This document shows, one piece after another, positions 37,891 to 52,390 of a stretch of DNA of 64,000 nucleotides. The first letter of the stretch is position 1, and every line of letters begins with the position of its first letter. The notes under the pieces are model-generated. The model had not been told where the DNA came from, searched no databases, and worked only from the letters and a program-made list of their open reading frames with translations. Origin of the DNA: Eledone cirrhosa (Eukaryota); contig OZ024741.1 in the NCBI GenBank assembly GCA_964016885.1, forward strand, positions 176,328,001-176,392,000, in the 5' to 3' direction. A program made the translations under genes and the position numbers.

Positions 37891-40149
37891 TTTACTATAA
37901 ATTGAAAGCGAGATAATGTTTTTCTTTGTTAATTGTTAGTTATGGTGGTAAGTGAAAAAACCGTCGCAGAATCTGCGAGGCTTATCAGATTGATGTCCTT
38001 GGTGTTTGGTTTAAGCTGTTGCAAGTCGGCGCATGTAACAATGACATATGCATAACTGGGGTTCCAGAGGACTATCATTCGAAGTAAAATCACCGTGCGT
38101 AATGTTTACTTTGAAGCCCGGGAGGGTGTTGTACACATTGTCTTGTACACATATGGAGTACGTTTGTAGGAGACGGAAACGACTTAGTCACGTGTGCCTG
38201 TGGATGTCACAAAATATCAGCAAGGCTTGGAGAACAGAAACCCTTATAACTGGGGTAGATTGGGCAGAGAGATGAGAGAGCACAACTAACTATCAGTGAT
38301 TGAATTTATGCCAAATAGTAGATCGGGCCTTTTTCTGGATGTGAGACTAATGTTCCATTGAGAAAGAAACATTTCAGAAATGTTAAATGTTGTGCTCCAC
38401 ATGTAAGGTATAGAGCCCTAAATGTAAGATTTAGAATATGCCTACAAGCGGACTACGAAAACTGAAAATGCGTGTATGAATGAAACTCGTATTGATTATG
38501 CATGTCTTTCATTTTTTCCATGTAGTCTCAGAACTTATTTTAATTAACTAGAGAGAAAGTTTGAAAATTGAAAACTTAGAATTAATCTTACACATTTATA
38601 CAGCATAGGCCTAATCTGGAAAGGTCAGAAGAATCTTTAACCATCATTCTCTCTGTATAACCACGATTCAATGGAAGAATGATGTTAAAAACTGGTATAA
38701 ATTGGAATCGGAACTGACTTGCAAACACCGCTTTTCTGATACTCACCATGTGCAATATACTGCACGTTATATATGACAGTGGATATGTGTACATATCCGA
38801 ATCTTACATAAAGACAGCTCCTCTCACACAACACTTTAACCTAATGTGTTCTGTTTCCCCTCCAACAAAGTAACATTCATATCTAAATTAATGGCGCATC
38901 TCTTTCTCTTCTGTTTGATTTCATTCCCTCATTTGATATTTATAGTTTTCACCCTCTCTACAATTTTCTCCTCTCCTTATCTGAATCTCTCATACCATCT
39001 ACATTTTTTGTGTTAAATTCCACCATTTTCCTTTCATCTCTCTTCATACGCCTGAAGGTTTCTATGATAGTCAAGCAACAATTTTCGATCATTGGCTATG
39101 TTGAACGGAAAAAATTCAGGTTGCAGTATTCATAGCAAAATAAGTAAATATATAAGTACATAAAGAAAATAAAGATTTCCAGAACAATTTCTAAAAATTG
39201 CAAGTTGGTCTGCGATGAAGCCTCTGGAAGCTACGGTTGTTAAGATTTCCAAGTAGACAGACAAGAGCACTTTCAAAAGCCAATTGCAACTTTTGCTTAG
39301 TTATTTTTTGTGTGATTGGAAATACAGTATTAAATATTTTATTTTTACTTTTCATAAAAAATTAACATCGGATTTGATGAAAATATCTCCTTTACATTTA
39401 ATTTGTATGTGAATTATTTTTCTTTCTCTTTTTACTGTGAAAGTTTTTAGGTTTAACATTTTAAAATGGTGAAAACTCAATTTATAGCTTCCACGTAGGT
39501 TATTTTCTTTGTTTGATATGAAAAGATATCGGGCGCATATACACGTATAATGTTATCATACATAAAAATGCATACATTTATAAGTTTAGTATATATTATT
39601 GCTTTTATATGTATTAGCAACGTATTAATGTCAGGAAATTGAACACCCATACTTGTGAATTTTGTAAAATTGATACTCGCCATATAAAATACCAAGGGAT
39701 CTAAATTGATTCGAAGATTTGGAGGTAGAACATGTTATACATCAACTTAATTGCTTGCATTAAATAATGCACGTCATGTGAATGATGTCTATTAGATAGG
39801 ACTTCTAACGTTGTATCTGCAGTCTAAGTTGTTTCAAGTATTAATCAGATTTTAATAACAATACCTTTTTCAAATCAGTGCATTAAACACATGATTTTAT
39901 ATGAAGACTTAGTAGAAGTTTTGGGGAATCGACTCGGGATTGGTTCCGGTTCACTGAGTTCAGAACTCATATTGCTCAACTGATAAGCCGGTGCAATGCG
40001 GTAGAAATATATTAGGGAAAAAATGACAAATGGTACAAACCAAATTAATGCTTTACTCAGTATATTCTAACATTCTATTTTACGGCAATTCCACTCAGTT
40101 TAGACGTAATTTCCCTCTACACCACTGTCCCGTGTCTCAGCCGACTGGT

Positions 40150-42060
40150 TTAATTACGGATAATATCATCACATCTACCGGCCTCAATTGATTCGAGCGC
40201 ACTGATACTGACATGCACGAGCTGCTCTTTGTCGCCATCTGCATCACCTATTTGCAGTTTGACGGTCTGTTTAGAAACAAATTTAGGGACTTCCGATGGA
40301 TCCACACACACCACATTTTACAAGAAAGATGCCAGGGGAGAAATAGGTGTGCAACAGGATTCTGCCCTTCCCCACAGCGCCAAAATGGCCTATGCACTGA
40401 ATGCACAACAGATGCAGAGAGGATAACGACAATCTTACCAGTGCAGTAGAATTCCAGAGAACAGCTACCCTAATTCTCTCCGGAAATACCAAAATGCTGA
40501 GGCAGCAACATCTAAAAGAACAAGGAGGACACGCGCAACTGGCGGTAACATATGTTATCTAAAGCTGTCATATTTCAATGAGAAGACAGCCGCTGCCAAC
40601 AGACAATTCATCCGTAGGGAGGGCCTGAATATAGAGCTGTTACACACGAGTCCTTTATTGAAGAGACTACTCTACAGGCTGCTTATGAAACTCTCAAAAT
40701 GATAATAAAAGCAAAACAACACATCACATCATTACTGCCATAGAAGACAAAAGAGGCTTGCTTATCACAGTCGAACCGATGTTATCAAACGATAGTCTGT
40801 GTATTGCGAAAACCTTTATAACCACCAACTCTGATATGATATCAACATCCTGGAAAATTCCACCGATAATTGGGTGATTTGGACTGACACTAATCCTTCA
40901 TGAGTGTGTCAAAGAAGAGTTGCACATGCTCAATGATGGAAAATACCCAAGAGTGGATAATATTCCATTACTGATCAAAGCACTGACAGCTAGCTGTCAG
41001 AAGATATGGGAAACAAAGAAGTGGTCAAATGAGTGAACACAATAACTGTTCACACCGATTCCCAAACATTGAACTTAAGTCTTTGCCAGAGTTACAGAAC
41101 AATTAGTCTAATTATACAGTGCTAACTGGAGTTCTTAGCAGACTTAAGGGAAAGTCAGAAGAAATCATGTAAGCACTGGATGGATTCAGGTAAAAATGTA
41201 CAACACAGCAAATATGTAACATCAGAGTGCTAATTGAGAAATATCTGCAGTACCAATGTGACATTTATCATAATGTCATCGACTTCAAAAATATCCTTTG
41301 AGGTTTGGTAACAGGTGATGAAGGGTTACAACTTCGATAGCAACTTAATTCACCTCGTTCGAGCACAGAATGAACATTCAAATAACGCAGCTCTCCTGAA
41401 TACCAACATTCAGAGATTTCTTCAAAACAACAGTGGTAATTCGAGAATGATATATCCATTCTCGAGTTACTTTGAACAACCTCCCCGAGAACATCAGTTA
41501 ATGGACATATCGAGACTTCAACACCTCTGTTCTCATTGGAAGACGGTCTATATCAAAACTGTGCTTAGCTGATGATATTGAACTGTTAGGAGTTAGTGAC
41601 GCAGAACTACAATGCATTCGCCATCAGATTGAAAAAAGTATCTGGTTCATACAGGATGGAGATCAGTTCTGAAATGTGCAAGATTCTGGTTAATAGTCAT
41701 AAGCAGAATACAGACACCAACATCATTCTGAACGGTTGAAGTCTTCTAGACGTGAACATCTTCAGGAATCTATGATCCATTCTGATCAACAAGTAAGATC
41801 TCAAAAGTTGATAATTACAAGACACATCTCCCGTGACGAACTAGAAAAACATATGGAAAAACAGCTCTATTACGTTTACAACGAGGCTCAAATTGACCAA
41901 GACTTAGGTGACTTCGAACCATCTGTATAAGTGTGAGAGTTGGACTCCTACAGCACTAAGAGCCTTTTACATACGACGAAGAACAGAGATCACAGCTGCC
42001 GGCTGACTACGTAAGCATATAATGTGGAGCCCCAACCACTGACGACAGCATTGCGGTGAC
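40150..42060 (+). mobile_element. Highly decayed RTE-type LINE (EN-linker and RT remnants)
   Basis: Remnants resembling K.P.VDNIP, CQKIWETK.W..EW, CQ.YRTISL, IRVLIEK, IDFK..F..VW, ADDI.LL, LY.CESWT. Confidence 0.7.
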
Positions 42061-42344
42061 TGGAATACCTGATTGATATTTACATGCGTACATATATATA
42101 TAAATCATTATTGACTATTTTATATATACTGAAGTACTTTAATTGATTCCATAATCACCTGGAAATTTGACAATCCTAAATCTACCTTCGTTGGAAAACA
42201 TAATTAATCATATTTATACATATATTTCTCAATGTCACAGTAATTGCGTCAATCAACTCATACTTGGCCCGAGACATGGCAGCGATAATGAGGGACAGAG
42301 ACCGCTGGAGAGAACTCGTCCATGGATCTCGGGAATTTTACCCG

Positions 42345-42430
<86 letters not shown>

Positions 42431-42629
42431 TAAAATAACAGATTGAAGTTTAAGCAAAGAATCGCTGCTTCCACCCTTAACGGGATCTTCTGAAACTAAC
42501 AAAGTCAATCTGTAAACGCAGAAGTGGATATTTCAAAAAACGTTGCAACCGGAGGAAAACAGGAAGACGGTACTTTAGTTTGTGGAAACGTTCCCTGGCA
42601 AATAACGGGAAAAAACGAATATAATACGT

Positions 42630-42690
42630 CATAAAGTACCAGTAATGCACTGGGTAATTGCTGGCCTTGTGCTAAAAGTAGAAACAATTA
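42630..42690 (+). mobile_element. SINE 3' tail inserted in the left pLTR
   Basis: ATAAAGTACCAGTAATGCACTGGGTAATTGCTGGCCTTGTGCTAAAAGTAGAAACAATTA. Absent from the other pLTR copies. Confidence 0.85.
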
Positions 42691-43455
42691 TTTGGAACGG
42701 TGAAAAACAATTACAAGCAAAGACAGAACCACGTTTATGGTATAAAAGAAGTCGTAGACTAATATTCTCTTAGGTGGTTCATAGAGACGTTCTCTGGCAA
42801 TGAACGGAAAAAACGAAGATAATACGTCATATGTGGAGCGTGGATAACAATTGCACGCAAAGACAAAACCACGTAAATGGTAATGAAGTCTTAGACTAAA
42901 ATTCTAACTAGGAAATCGAATGATTCTCCGCTTCAGAGTTAAGAAAAAGTAAATAAAATATAGAGGTAATTGAAATTAAATAAATACATACACGCATCCA
43001 AATACGTACATACACAAGCATACGCGAAAACACTCGCCATAGGTATACAAATGCACGCACATATACATATGTGTGTGTGTGAATACGTGTATATAAATAA
43101 TTAAATAAACGTATATAAATAAATAAATACGTATATAACAAGCGCACACACATACCTACATGTAAATACACAAGTATTTACACGAAGTACACATATACAC
43201 ACACCCTACATACGTACGAACCCGCATACTCCCACAGACGCAAAACTCACAGATACACATAACCAAAAGCATATGTACCAGAATATATAAATATACGCCA
43301 TAACATATACAATCAAATATACGTACGAGAAAGTATACGTACCTTCACAAAACATACAGGTAATATATACTTACCTATGCAAATAAGTAATGGTATAAAC
43401 ATAACATATACATAGCTACCACATCAAGACGTAAAATATCCGCGTATAGATCGTA

Positions 43456-44055
43456 CTATCCGTTAGGGTATAATGTGGGGCTGTAATACACGAAAGTTTT
43501 GTACAATTTATGTTTACAAGCCGATATTGCCTCAGATTTTTTGCTTAAGATGCGGTCTGTGGCGTAGAATATTTCCAGGGCCTCAGCGGCGCAGAGGTCA
43601 CATGGTCTTTTATTTGCGTTATACGATCTAGCCCTAGCTAGGATCTTCCAGTGTAACTTATATTGGGAATGGTTGTCTTTTAGACTCCAGATATAAGCTG
43701 AAAGGGTAATGAAAAAATGGGTATGCATGTAAAGACGCTGCTTGAATCTATTGGCGATTAACCCTATGTAGGCCCTACGGGACGTGAGTGTTTCAACCTT
43801 ACATTTGTAGACAATGTTACTAGAGAGTCATTTCCCGCATAGGGGCAATCAATCCGATTCCTACAATTACAGTTAGTACTAACTACAGGGTTGCACGTGT
43901 TCCTACGGCTAGGTAGTTTAGCTAAACTTGAAGCTGTCATGTTATGTGCAAGGTTAGGAGTCGTTAGAGTAAGAAATGTTAATAGTATTTCTATTAAAGA
44001 TTTTACTATATTTATGTGAAGGGGGAAAATGCTTAGTAATAAGGGATAGAAAGAA
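43456..44055 (-). pseudogene. Naiad-type linker and GIY-YIG EN, frameshifted
   Basis: CNCRNRIDCPY.GK, IVYKCKV, YIG, TLSAYIWSLKD, WKILARA.SY, CDLCAAE, CKHK. Confidence 0.88.
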
Positions 44056-44409
44056 CATGAGAATCATTCGATTTCCTAGTTAAAATTTTAGTCTACGATT
44101 TCATTACCATTTATGAGGTTTTGTCTTTGCGTGCAATTGTTCTCCACGCTCCACATATGACGCATTATTTTCGTTTTTTCCGTTCATTGCCAGATTATAT
44201 TAGTCTACGACCTCTTTTATACCATAAACGTGGTTCTGTCTTTGCGTGTAATAGTTTTTCACCGTTCCAAATATTGACGTATTATATTCGTTTTTTTCCC
44301 GTTTTTTGCCAGGGAACGTTTCCACGAACCAAAGTATCGCCTTCCTGTTTCCCTCCGGTTGCAACGTTTTTTGAAATATCCACTTCTGCGTTTACAGATT
44401 GACTTTGTT

Positions 44410-44460
44410 AGTTTCAGAAGATCCCGTTAAGGGTGAAAGCAGCCATTTTTTGCTTAAACT
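44410..44460 (+). ncRNA. Type I hammerhead-like ribozyme with a CAGAAGA (U4A) core in the pLTR; mirror copy at 42447-42497 (-)
   Basis: Stem I AGUUU/AAACU, CAGAAGA, CCC-GUUAA-GGG, and GAAA-GCA..UGC-UU. Confidence 0.65.
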
Positions 44461-44614
44461 TTAATCTGATATTTTAATAAATATTTGCTCTACGGTTCTT
44501 ATATATTTGATATATATTTATCCTTATCGAGCCCTCTTTGGATTTTAGTCTTCAAATTTATTATTATTACTATTTGGCTCCCTCGGTTGAGCACTCTATT
44601 GACTTATATTCATC

Positions 44615-46215
44615 ATGCAGAAACAACATCTGAATATTTCTACAAAGAACATACCCGTACCAAGCAGGAAAACATACCTAAAACTCCTGATACAGAAAAC
44701 AGACGCGTTCATTAAAAGGTTGCGTTGGCGTGCCTTTTATTTCGATATTCCGCGTAAAGCAGACAACAAACAGGATAAATTTGGGTTTAAAACCTATAAT
44801 AACCATCCGTATAACCCAGCATTGCTACCCTTCGAAAATGATGTCTTGGAACTCATACGGAGTATCAAATTTCGGAATAGGAGCAATTCCTTCCAGCAGG
44901 ACCTGAAGAATAGAATTTATTCTATTAATTATTCTAATGCCGGGCACGTCCATTCCGACAAAACTGGCAACCTATATCAAGAGGAGCGCAGTACTTACCA
45001 TCAACTACTACATAATGCTGTAACTAAGGATTAATGCAAAACTAATTGGTGCGTCATCAATGTAATCAACTATGCTGGATTTAAAATCACCTCTGATCTC
45101 AACATCCTGGACCGGACCGAACCTCTGGACTCTATTTCTCCCCACTGTTCCGAACAACCCCGCTATTCGGCTTATTAACCCTACGAAGTCCGATTTAGGT
45201 AGACTTAGTCAAAGAATTCTTGATAGAATTATACCTGAAATTAGAAGTGTGGCCCCTCTTGCACTGTGGAACAATTCTTTCGCGGTGATTGATTGGTTTA
45301 ACGGCATATGCAACAAGGAACATTGCCGTTTTATCCAATTCGACATCAATAATTACTACTCCTCCATCACTTTACCACTTCTCCTTAGAGCTATCAATTT
45401 CGCTAAAACACTCACAGTGGTTAAGGATTTCGAAGTTGATGTCATCCTCAATGCCCGTAAGTCGGTGATTAATTTTGACGACTCTATTTGGATTAAAAAA
45501 TGCAATAGTACCCCATTGGACGTGAGTATGGGCACCAGAGATTCTGCGGAAGTTACTGATCTTATCGGCCTTTTCCTTCTTTTCTCTATCAAGGACGAAT
45601 TCCCCAACGTGGGCGGTGGTTTGTACCGTGATGATGGTCTTTTGACCATGACTAAGTAAGGCCCTCGTGCTTACGACAGGTTCAGAAAAGAACTCACAGC
45701 CTTCTTTAAAGTTTCAACCTCTCTATACAGGTTGAGGCCAACCTCTCGGTCGTTAATTACCTCGACGCTACCCTCAATTTATCGAATGGCTTGTATTCCC
45801 CGTATAGAAAGCCGAATGATACGCTTAATTACATAAGTAGGCATTCTAACCATCCTGCCAGCATAACCAAGAACCTGGTAAGAAACGTTTCGTTGAGGAT
45901 GGCCCGTCTATCTACTAATGAGCATATTTTAAACGACCATTCCACATATTACAATGAAGCTCTTGCTCGGAGTGTATTTGTCGATAAGGTAGCATATACA
46001 AGTACGAGAATAGACCTATAAGAAATAGATCCCGACACATTACATGGTATAACCCACCATATAATATTGAGGTGGCCACACCATCAGCTAAGATCTTTCT
46101 ATCCCTTATTACAAAGCATTTTCCCCCTACACATAAATATAGTAAAATTTTTAATAGAAATACTATTAAATATATTTACTCTAGGATTCCTAACCTTGCA
46201 CATAACATCACAGAT
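44615..46215 (+). pseudogene. Naiad-type PLE RT with stops and frameshifts
   Basis: STKNIPVPS, RLRWRA, SDKTGN, RLINPTKSD, FDINNYYSSI, MGTRDSAE, LYRDDGL, YRKPND, SNHP. Confidence 0.92.
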
Positions 46216-46859
46216 ATATATATCATCACATATACGTTAAAATATTTATTTCCAACTCATTTATCTTCTAAATCAAATAAAGTTTAGAATCATCGCGTCA
46301 TTAAAATATTGTCTTTGATTTCAAGTCAAAGCATTTTGTACATATGCACACAGTAGACAAATAATATTATAAAGATTCAATTTTTCAGGAGAACGGTTTA
46401 AGACACGTAAATCAAAGAAATTCCGTCGGAATATGTGGACCATTACTATGTAGCAACGAACCTTATCCTATTTACTTCGGTGTATCAAATCTGCAGACTT
46501 TGCTTTCAGCAAGAATGACAAAGGAATATATACGGTATTATATCCTTGTGTTTTCGCCCAAACCATGCGAGAATGTAAGTTCAACACATTAAACTAATGA
46601 TACATAAATCAAGTTTATATTTGCTTACTGCGAATAATGGCTCCTGTAACTGCGAGTTAAACTTGAGTAATGAGAAACAAAATCTGATTAAGTGAGACAT
46701 TGAACAACTTGAGACAGGATACACCCATCAATCATTCAACTGGCAGGCCATCTACTAAGTTGACTCGCTGAATAGTTAATACTATAAGTAAAAATAAAAT
46801 AAATGGAGGTGAACAAAGAGATTGTTTATATGTTTATACGGTAATGTTAATGAATTTGT

Positions 46860-47053
46860 AATAATTGTTTCTACTTTTCGCACAAGGCCAGCAATTACCC
46901 CACTGTATTAATGGTACTTTATTTTATCGACCTCCGTAAGGATGAAAAGCAAAGTTAACCTTGGCGGGTTTTGAACTAAGAATAAAAAGGGCCGTAACTC
47001 TATGCGTCAAAGCATGGCGTCCGACTCTCTACCGATACTGCCAATCCACCGCC
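46860..47053 (-). mobile_element. Full-length SINE (same family)
   Basis: Reverse complement of GGCGGTGGATTGGCAGTATCGGTAGAG...AGTAGAAACAATTAT. Confidence 0.85.
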
Positions 47054-47260
47054 ATTATAAATTTGTAATAATGTGTGACCTTTATAATTGTAAACATACA
47101 TTCATACACGCCTATATACGTCTATCTATATATAGACGGACACAGAGTGTGTATAGCGGGAGCATCAACAAGAAAAACGTTATATATATCTTATATATAA
47201 ATAGAATAATATATACATATATCAAGTAAGAATATTTTCGAAACAGCGAGTGGATTTGAA

Positions 47261-47396
47261 ATTATTAGAAATGTTAGCTATCGCCGTATTTTGACTAAAG
47301 AAATTAAAGAAATTGTTTAGCCTGAAATTATTCAGGCTAAATAATTTCTTTAATTTCTTTAGTCAAAATACAGCGATAGCTAACATTTCTAATAAT
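47261..47396. repeat. Palindrome (66-bp arms, 4-nt loop) abutting (TA)n
   Basis: ATTATTAGAAATGTTAGCTATCGC...CCTGAA-ATTA-TTCAGG...GCGATAGCTAACATTTCTAATAAT. Confidence 0.95.
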
Positions 47397-47548
47397 ATAT
47401 ATATATATATATATGTAGATAAATCTACCAAGAGTTTACGGTAGTGTCCAATCCGTATGAAGAACTCAATGTAATCCGGATATCATGGAAAGAAGAGATG
47501 CAATGAAAAATCACTTTCGGTGAAAGATAAACGGAATACAGAGTCAAG

Positions 47549-48081
<533 letters not shown>

Positions 48082-48502
48082 TATGTGTATGTGTGTGTGT
48101 ACGCGCACATGTATGTGTATGTGTGAGCATATGTGTGGTTCTGTGTTTGTATATATTATTTTAATAGTTACATGTCTGTCTGATAACAGAAGTCTCTGTG
48201 CTAGAAATAGAATCCAAGACATTGAAAATATTTTCCTTGTATAAATATTCACCTATAGTTGGTAGCATTACCTCACTAAGAAACTAATAACTAAATTTAC
48301 AAATAGTTATATATATATATATACCCAATTAACGTATATGTGTACCTACTCATATATACCAAGATGAGCACGCATGAACATATACTCACAAAAAATGTGA
48401 CCAAAAGCTGCAATTTATAACCACACACACGCATTCATTCACACACACACACACACTCTCTCACACACACACACATATATATATATATACAGACACACAT
48501 AA

Positions 48503-48533
<31 letters not shown>

Positions 48534-49439
48534 AATTATGAAACGTAAGTTTTTTTATTCATACGTTGGCCGCTAATAATTCTAAACGAAATTGATAATA
48601 ATTAATGTTTTTCGTTTGTTTTCAACTAATCTTATCTCCACCATGCTTACTATCAACTTAGATTTCGAAAACAGAATGAGGAGGGAGAGTTGGGGTAGAA
48701 TTTACTGCTCTTTCTAACACATACATGTACTGTCTGTTAGTCAGTTATGCTATCTGTGTATATAGAGGTAAATACTACTTCACCTTTCATTCATTACACC
48801 TCCCCCTCTCTCTAAGTAACTAAAACTCTGGTTGCTTTCGTTTGTTGATTGAGATGTAATCTGGCTCAATCACCAACGATTAATTTTTCCGAAAAGGAAG
48901 GCGGGGATGAAGAGGGGCCCTTGGAGTCACAGCTAATCACATCTCAGACGTCTAAAGTTAGTTTTTCGTGTGTTTTCAACTAATCTGACCTCCAACAAGC
49001 TTGCAATCATCATTTCATTTTTGAAAAATGAATGGGGAGAGGGACGAGGGGAACGTATAAAATATGTGTGCAAATACATCAACAATGGTTCCGATGATGC
49101 CATGTTTTTGCTATATAAATGAAATATGTCTGAAGAGGTATCAAACTTCCAACATGGACAATGTATCAGCATTAGAGAGGGGGCCAACGTGTTGATTCTT
49201 TGATTTTTGCAGCCACGGAGATGTCTTTTGTAGGAATCCTTTTCTTTTCTAGGTATTTTCATTTGATTTCGACTGATCTGACATCCGAATTGCACGCCAA
49301 TGATTCCTCTTTCTGAAGACGGAGGCAAGGGGTGAGTGTGACCCATGGAGTTACAGATGAGCACCTCTCAGTCGTTTAAATTTAGAGAAAAGCAATCCCT
49401 CAATACTGAAGAATATATTTTGATCATTCTTCATTTTCT

Positions 49440-49862
49440 AGTGTTGTGGAAAGCGTTGTAAACCTAATTAATCAACTGTAATCCAATTTCGAAATCCACC
49501 ATTCCAGCGACGAGTGGCTGTGTGAAAGAGCAATCCTTGCTACTGAAAGCATCACAATGAATACCATGAACAGAAATATCTCACACAAATTCCCTGGAGG
49601 TAGCCAGACCTATAAATCTAACGACAAAGTTGTCGACCGAAGACGAAGGTGCTAATTATAGCGTTGAATTTCTCAACAAGCTGGAAGCATCCGGTATGCT
49701 GCCACACAAACTTGCATTGAAGAAGGAAACAGTCACTATGCTTCTCAGAAACCTGGATCAGCCATTATTGTGCAATGGGACTAGTATGGTTCTGACTGAA
49801 CTAAGCCACACATTATCGAAGTCAAAATCATCACCGGATGTGATAAGGGAAACATCGTGGTT
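49440..49862 (+). pseudogene. PIF1-family helicase fragment (Helitron RepHel-like)
   Basis: WLCERAILA, YSVEFLNKLEASGMLPHKLALK..VTMLLRNLDQPLLCNGT, IEVKIITG. Confidence 0.85.
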
Positions 49863-49864
49863 AT

Positions 49865-50153
49865 GACGGGGTTACTTCACCATAATTGCTTTATTGTATG
49901 ATATATATTTCTGTTACATGGTTATGCATGTGACTTCATCAATCATAGGTGCAGTTATGCAGTCATGGGTATCTATTGCTGGTCACGTATTACCATCCTG
50001 TCGTGATGCCAGCAGACATGTGACCAGTGACATATCCCCATCATTGAATAACTGCACCTATGATTGTATGAGCATATGATGAAGTGACATGCATAACCTT
50101 GCAACAGAAATATGTATAGTACAATAAAGAAATGTTGGTGAAGTAACTCTGCC
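49865..50153. repeat. Imperfect inverted repeat (about 130-bp arms)
   Basis: GTTACTTCACCA..TTTATTGTA..GGTTATGCATG..AATCATAGGTGCAGTTAT mirrored by ATAACTGCACCTATGATT..CATGCATAACC..TACAATAAAG..TGGTGAAGTAAC. Confidence 0.85.
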
Positions 50154-50325
50154 TTAACAGCTTTTAAACCTTTAATTAATAAATGAATACTCCGTCACTC
50201 AAAACCATCAGATTTTAGCTCGGATAAAATTCTGACGTGAAGTGCTTTTGGATCCCTTGCACCGGCTTACTCTCACGAGATTATAGCGTAATTTCCAAGT
50301 ATAAATATAAGTTTGCTATCTCCTG

Positions 50326-50422
<97 letters not shown>

Positions 50423-50569
50423 ATGTGGGTAATATTTAATATTATCCAATTATAAATAAGATAATAGCTCAATGTAAAATAACAAATATAATACAGAGCC
50501 GACATACTTTATAAATGTTCTTAAACACTCTTTGATTGTTATTTATAAAGTGTATATACATATACATAC

Positions 50570-50640
<71 letters not shown>

Positions 50641-50769
50641 CTTCGTTTTGATCGCATTCGTAAATCTGGGACACAAATACACAGAAACAACGATATATAT
50701 ATATATAGAAAGTGATTATCGCTAAATGGTGATGTTGGTTAGATTATCAATATTAGTATTATTGGGGCA

Positions 50770-50896
50770 CCCACTGATGAATTATAGGAGCCCACTTGAA
50801 TATATATCTATTGATGGTATACAAGCTCCTACATAAATTGGTATAATTTCACCCAAATTGTAGGAGTCCTATAATGATACGAGACGTCCATCTGGG
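50770..50896 (+). ncRNA. Degenerate hammerhead with a branched, long stem II
   Basis: CCCA-CUGAUGA-AUUAUAGGA...UCCUAUAAU-GAUA-CGAGACG-UC..UGGG (GAAA changed to GAUA). Confidence 0.55.
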
Positions 50897-51071
50897 AAGA
50901 GATATATTAGATATGTCTCATTTGAAATAATACAGCCAATTTTCCACGCAATACTCTTAGTTAGCACCCCGAACGTTTAATTAGGAATAAACTCACTTAT
51001 TTCCTAATGTTTGTTGAGTGAGTTGGGATTTGGCCGGAGTATCGCTAAAAAGCTTTCTCCGATATTGTATT

Positions 51072-51151
<80 letters not shown>

Positions 51152-51534
51152 ACAAATCTGTACCTTCAAACGAAGTGCACCAATATCGATTCCCAAAACC
51201 ACAATTCTCCAGCAAATAATTCTTCATGAATTGCCAAAAGAGAATTACTAAAAGAATTGTCAGCAGATTATTTACTGAAATCTTTCTTATTTATAATTTG
51301 TTTAGTGCTATTAAATACTAGCTTGCAAATAGATGGAAATGAAGAATGTTAGCTATAGAATATGGATTCTTTCAGGAACTCCTGGTGAAAAGCTCCGTTT
51401 CGTAAACATATTTTGGGAATTTGAGTTTAAGTGCGAACACTTTTGGGGTAATGCTTTCTACCAAATTGTTGATAGCGTTTATGGATGAATGAATATATAT
51501 ATATATACATACCTAATGGCTTGAAGCTCTGCTA

Positions 51535-52015
51535 AGAGTATTGCAATCACTTGTGAGATTCAGATGCGTGACGCTCGGATATGGCTTTTCAAGCCTGCTA
51601 GAGACTTGCGCTCCTTCGCACATTGACTACAACTATGGATCTCCCTGGCCTCAGGTTGCCTGTGAACCTTCACAATGCCGTGGAGATCATAGATCACTGG
51701 TTCTCTTTGAACATGGTTGCCACTGTGACTCCTGAGGCCAGATTTGTTCAAGCAAATCTTTCCACATTCAGGGCACACCAATTGAATGGAGACACCGATC
51801 GTTTCGAGAGATACACCAGGGCATTGCTTACGCACACCCCGTTTGATCTTCTCGTGCTCTATGCGTGTGACCTCAACATTATGGACCCCATCATTCACCA
51901 TTCCACGCCCAGTTTCTCGTTCAAGAGCTTCTATTTCCCAGTCAGCCACCATCAAACCACTTTTTTTCAATCGGAGCTTTGGCTTGTGAGATGGTATCTT
52001 ACCTTCACCAAGCCA
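51535..52015 (-). mobile_element. RTE-like LINE 3' end with C2H2-like motifs
   Basis: IEALER..W, CPECGKICLNKSGLRSH, CSQCAKE.KSLAGLKSH. Confidence 0.65.
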
Positions 52016-52234
52016 ACCATACAAACATACATACATGCATACATACATACGTACATACATACATACATGCATACATACATACGTACATACATACATATTC
52101 TCCAGTCCTCTTTCATCCAGAGAGCAAGAGAGAAAGAGAGAAACAAAAGGGAGAGTGAGATTGAGAGAGCAGGAAAGATAAAAATAGAAATATGAGAGAG
52201 TAAGAGATTAAAAAATGGAAAAGGGGTACAGAGG

Positions 52235-52390
52235 CGGAATCAATGTACGCCAGTACTTGACTTGTACGTTATCAATATAAAAAATATGAAAGGCAAATTT
52301 CACCTCGTCGAATATTGAATTCAGACAACAGAAATCTGGAACGAATATTACAAAGCATTCTATACGTCTTTCAAATGAATCTGCAAATGC
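52235..52390 (-). mobile_element. Diverged older SINE
   Basis: Reverse complement of GAATTCAATATTCGACGAGG..TTTGCCTTTCAT..GATAA..AAGTCAAGTACTGG. Confidence 0.6.

Larger units (their letters stand above)
42425..46215. mobile_element. Naiad-type PLE in inverted two-part configuration: EN, 3' UTR and pLTR on minus (42425-44055); pLTR and RT on plus (44060-46215)
   Basis: The pLTR at 42425-42930 is the reverse complement of 44060-44483. The halves overlap in the FLSLITKHFPP..KIFNRNTI..PNLAHN segment. Confidence 0.88.

Noticed and set aside
48933-49364. 143-aa minus-strand ORF
   Set aside because: No recognisable motifs, and no splice or codon evidence for a host exon.
49630-49866. Host PIF1 gene exon
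   Set aside because: Frameshifted and intron-less, with Helitron-type motifs. Treated as a transposon relic.
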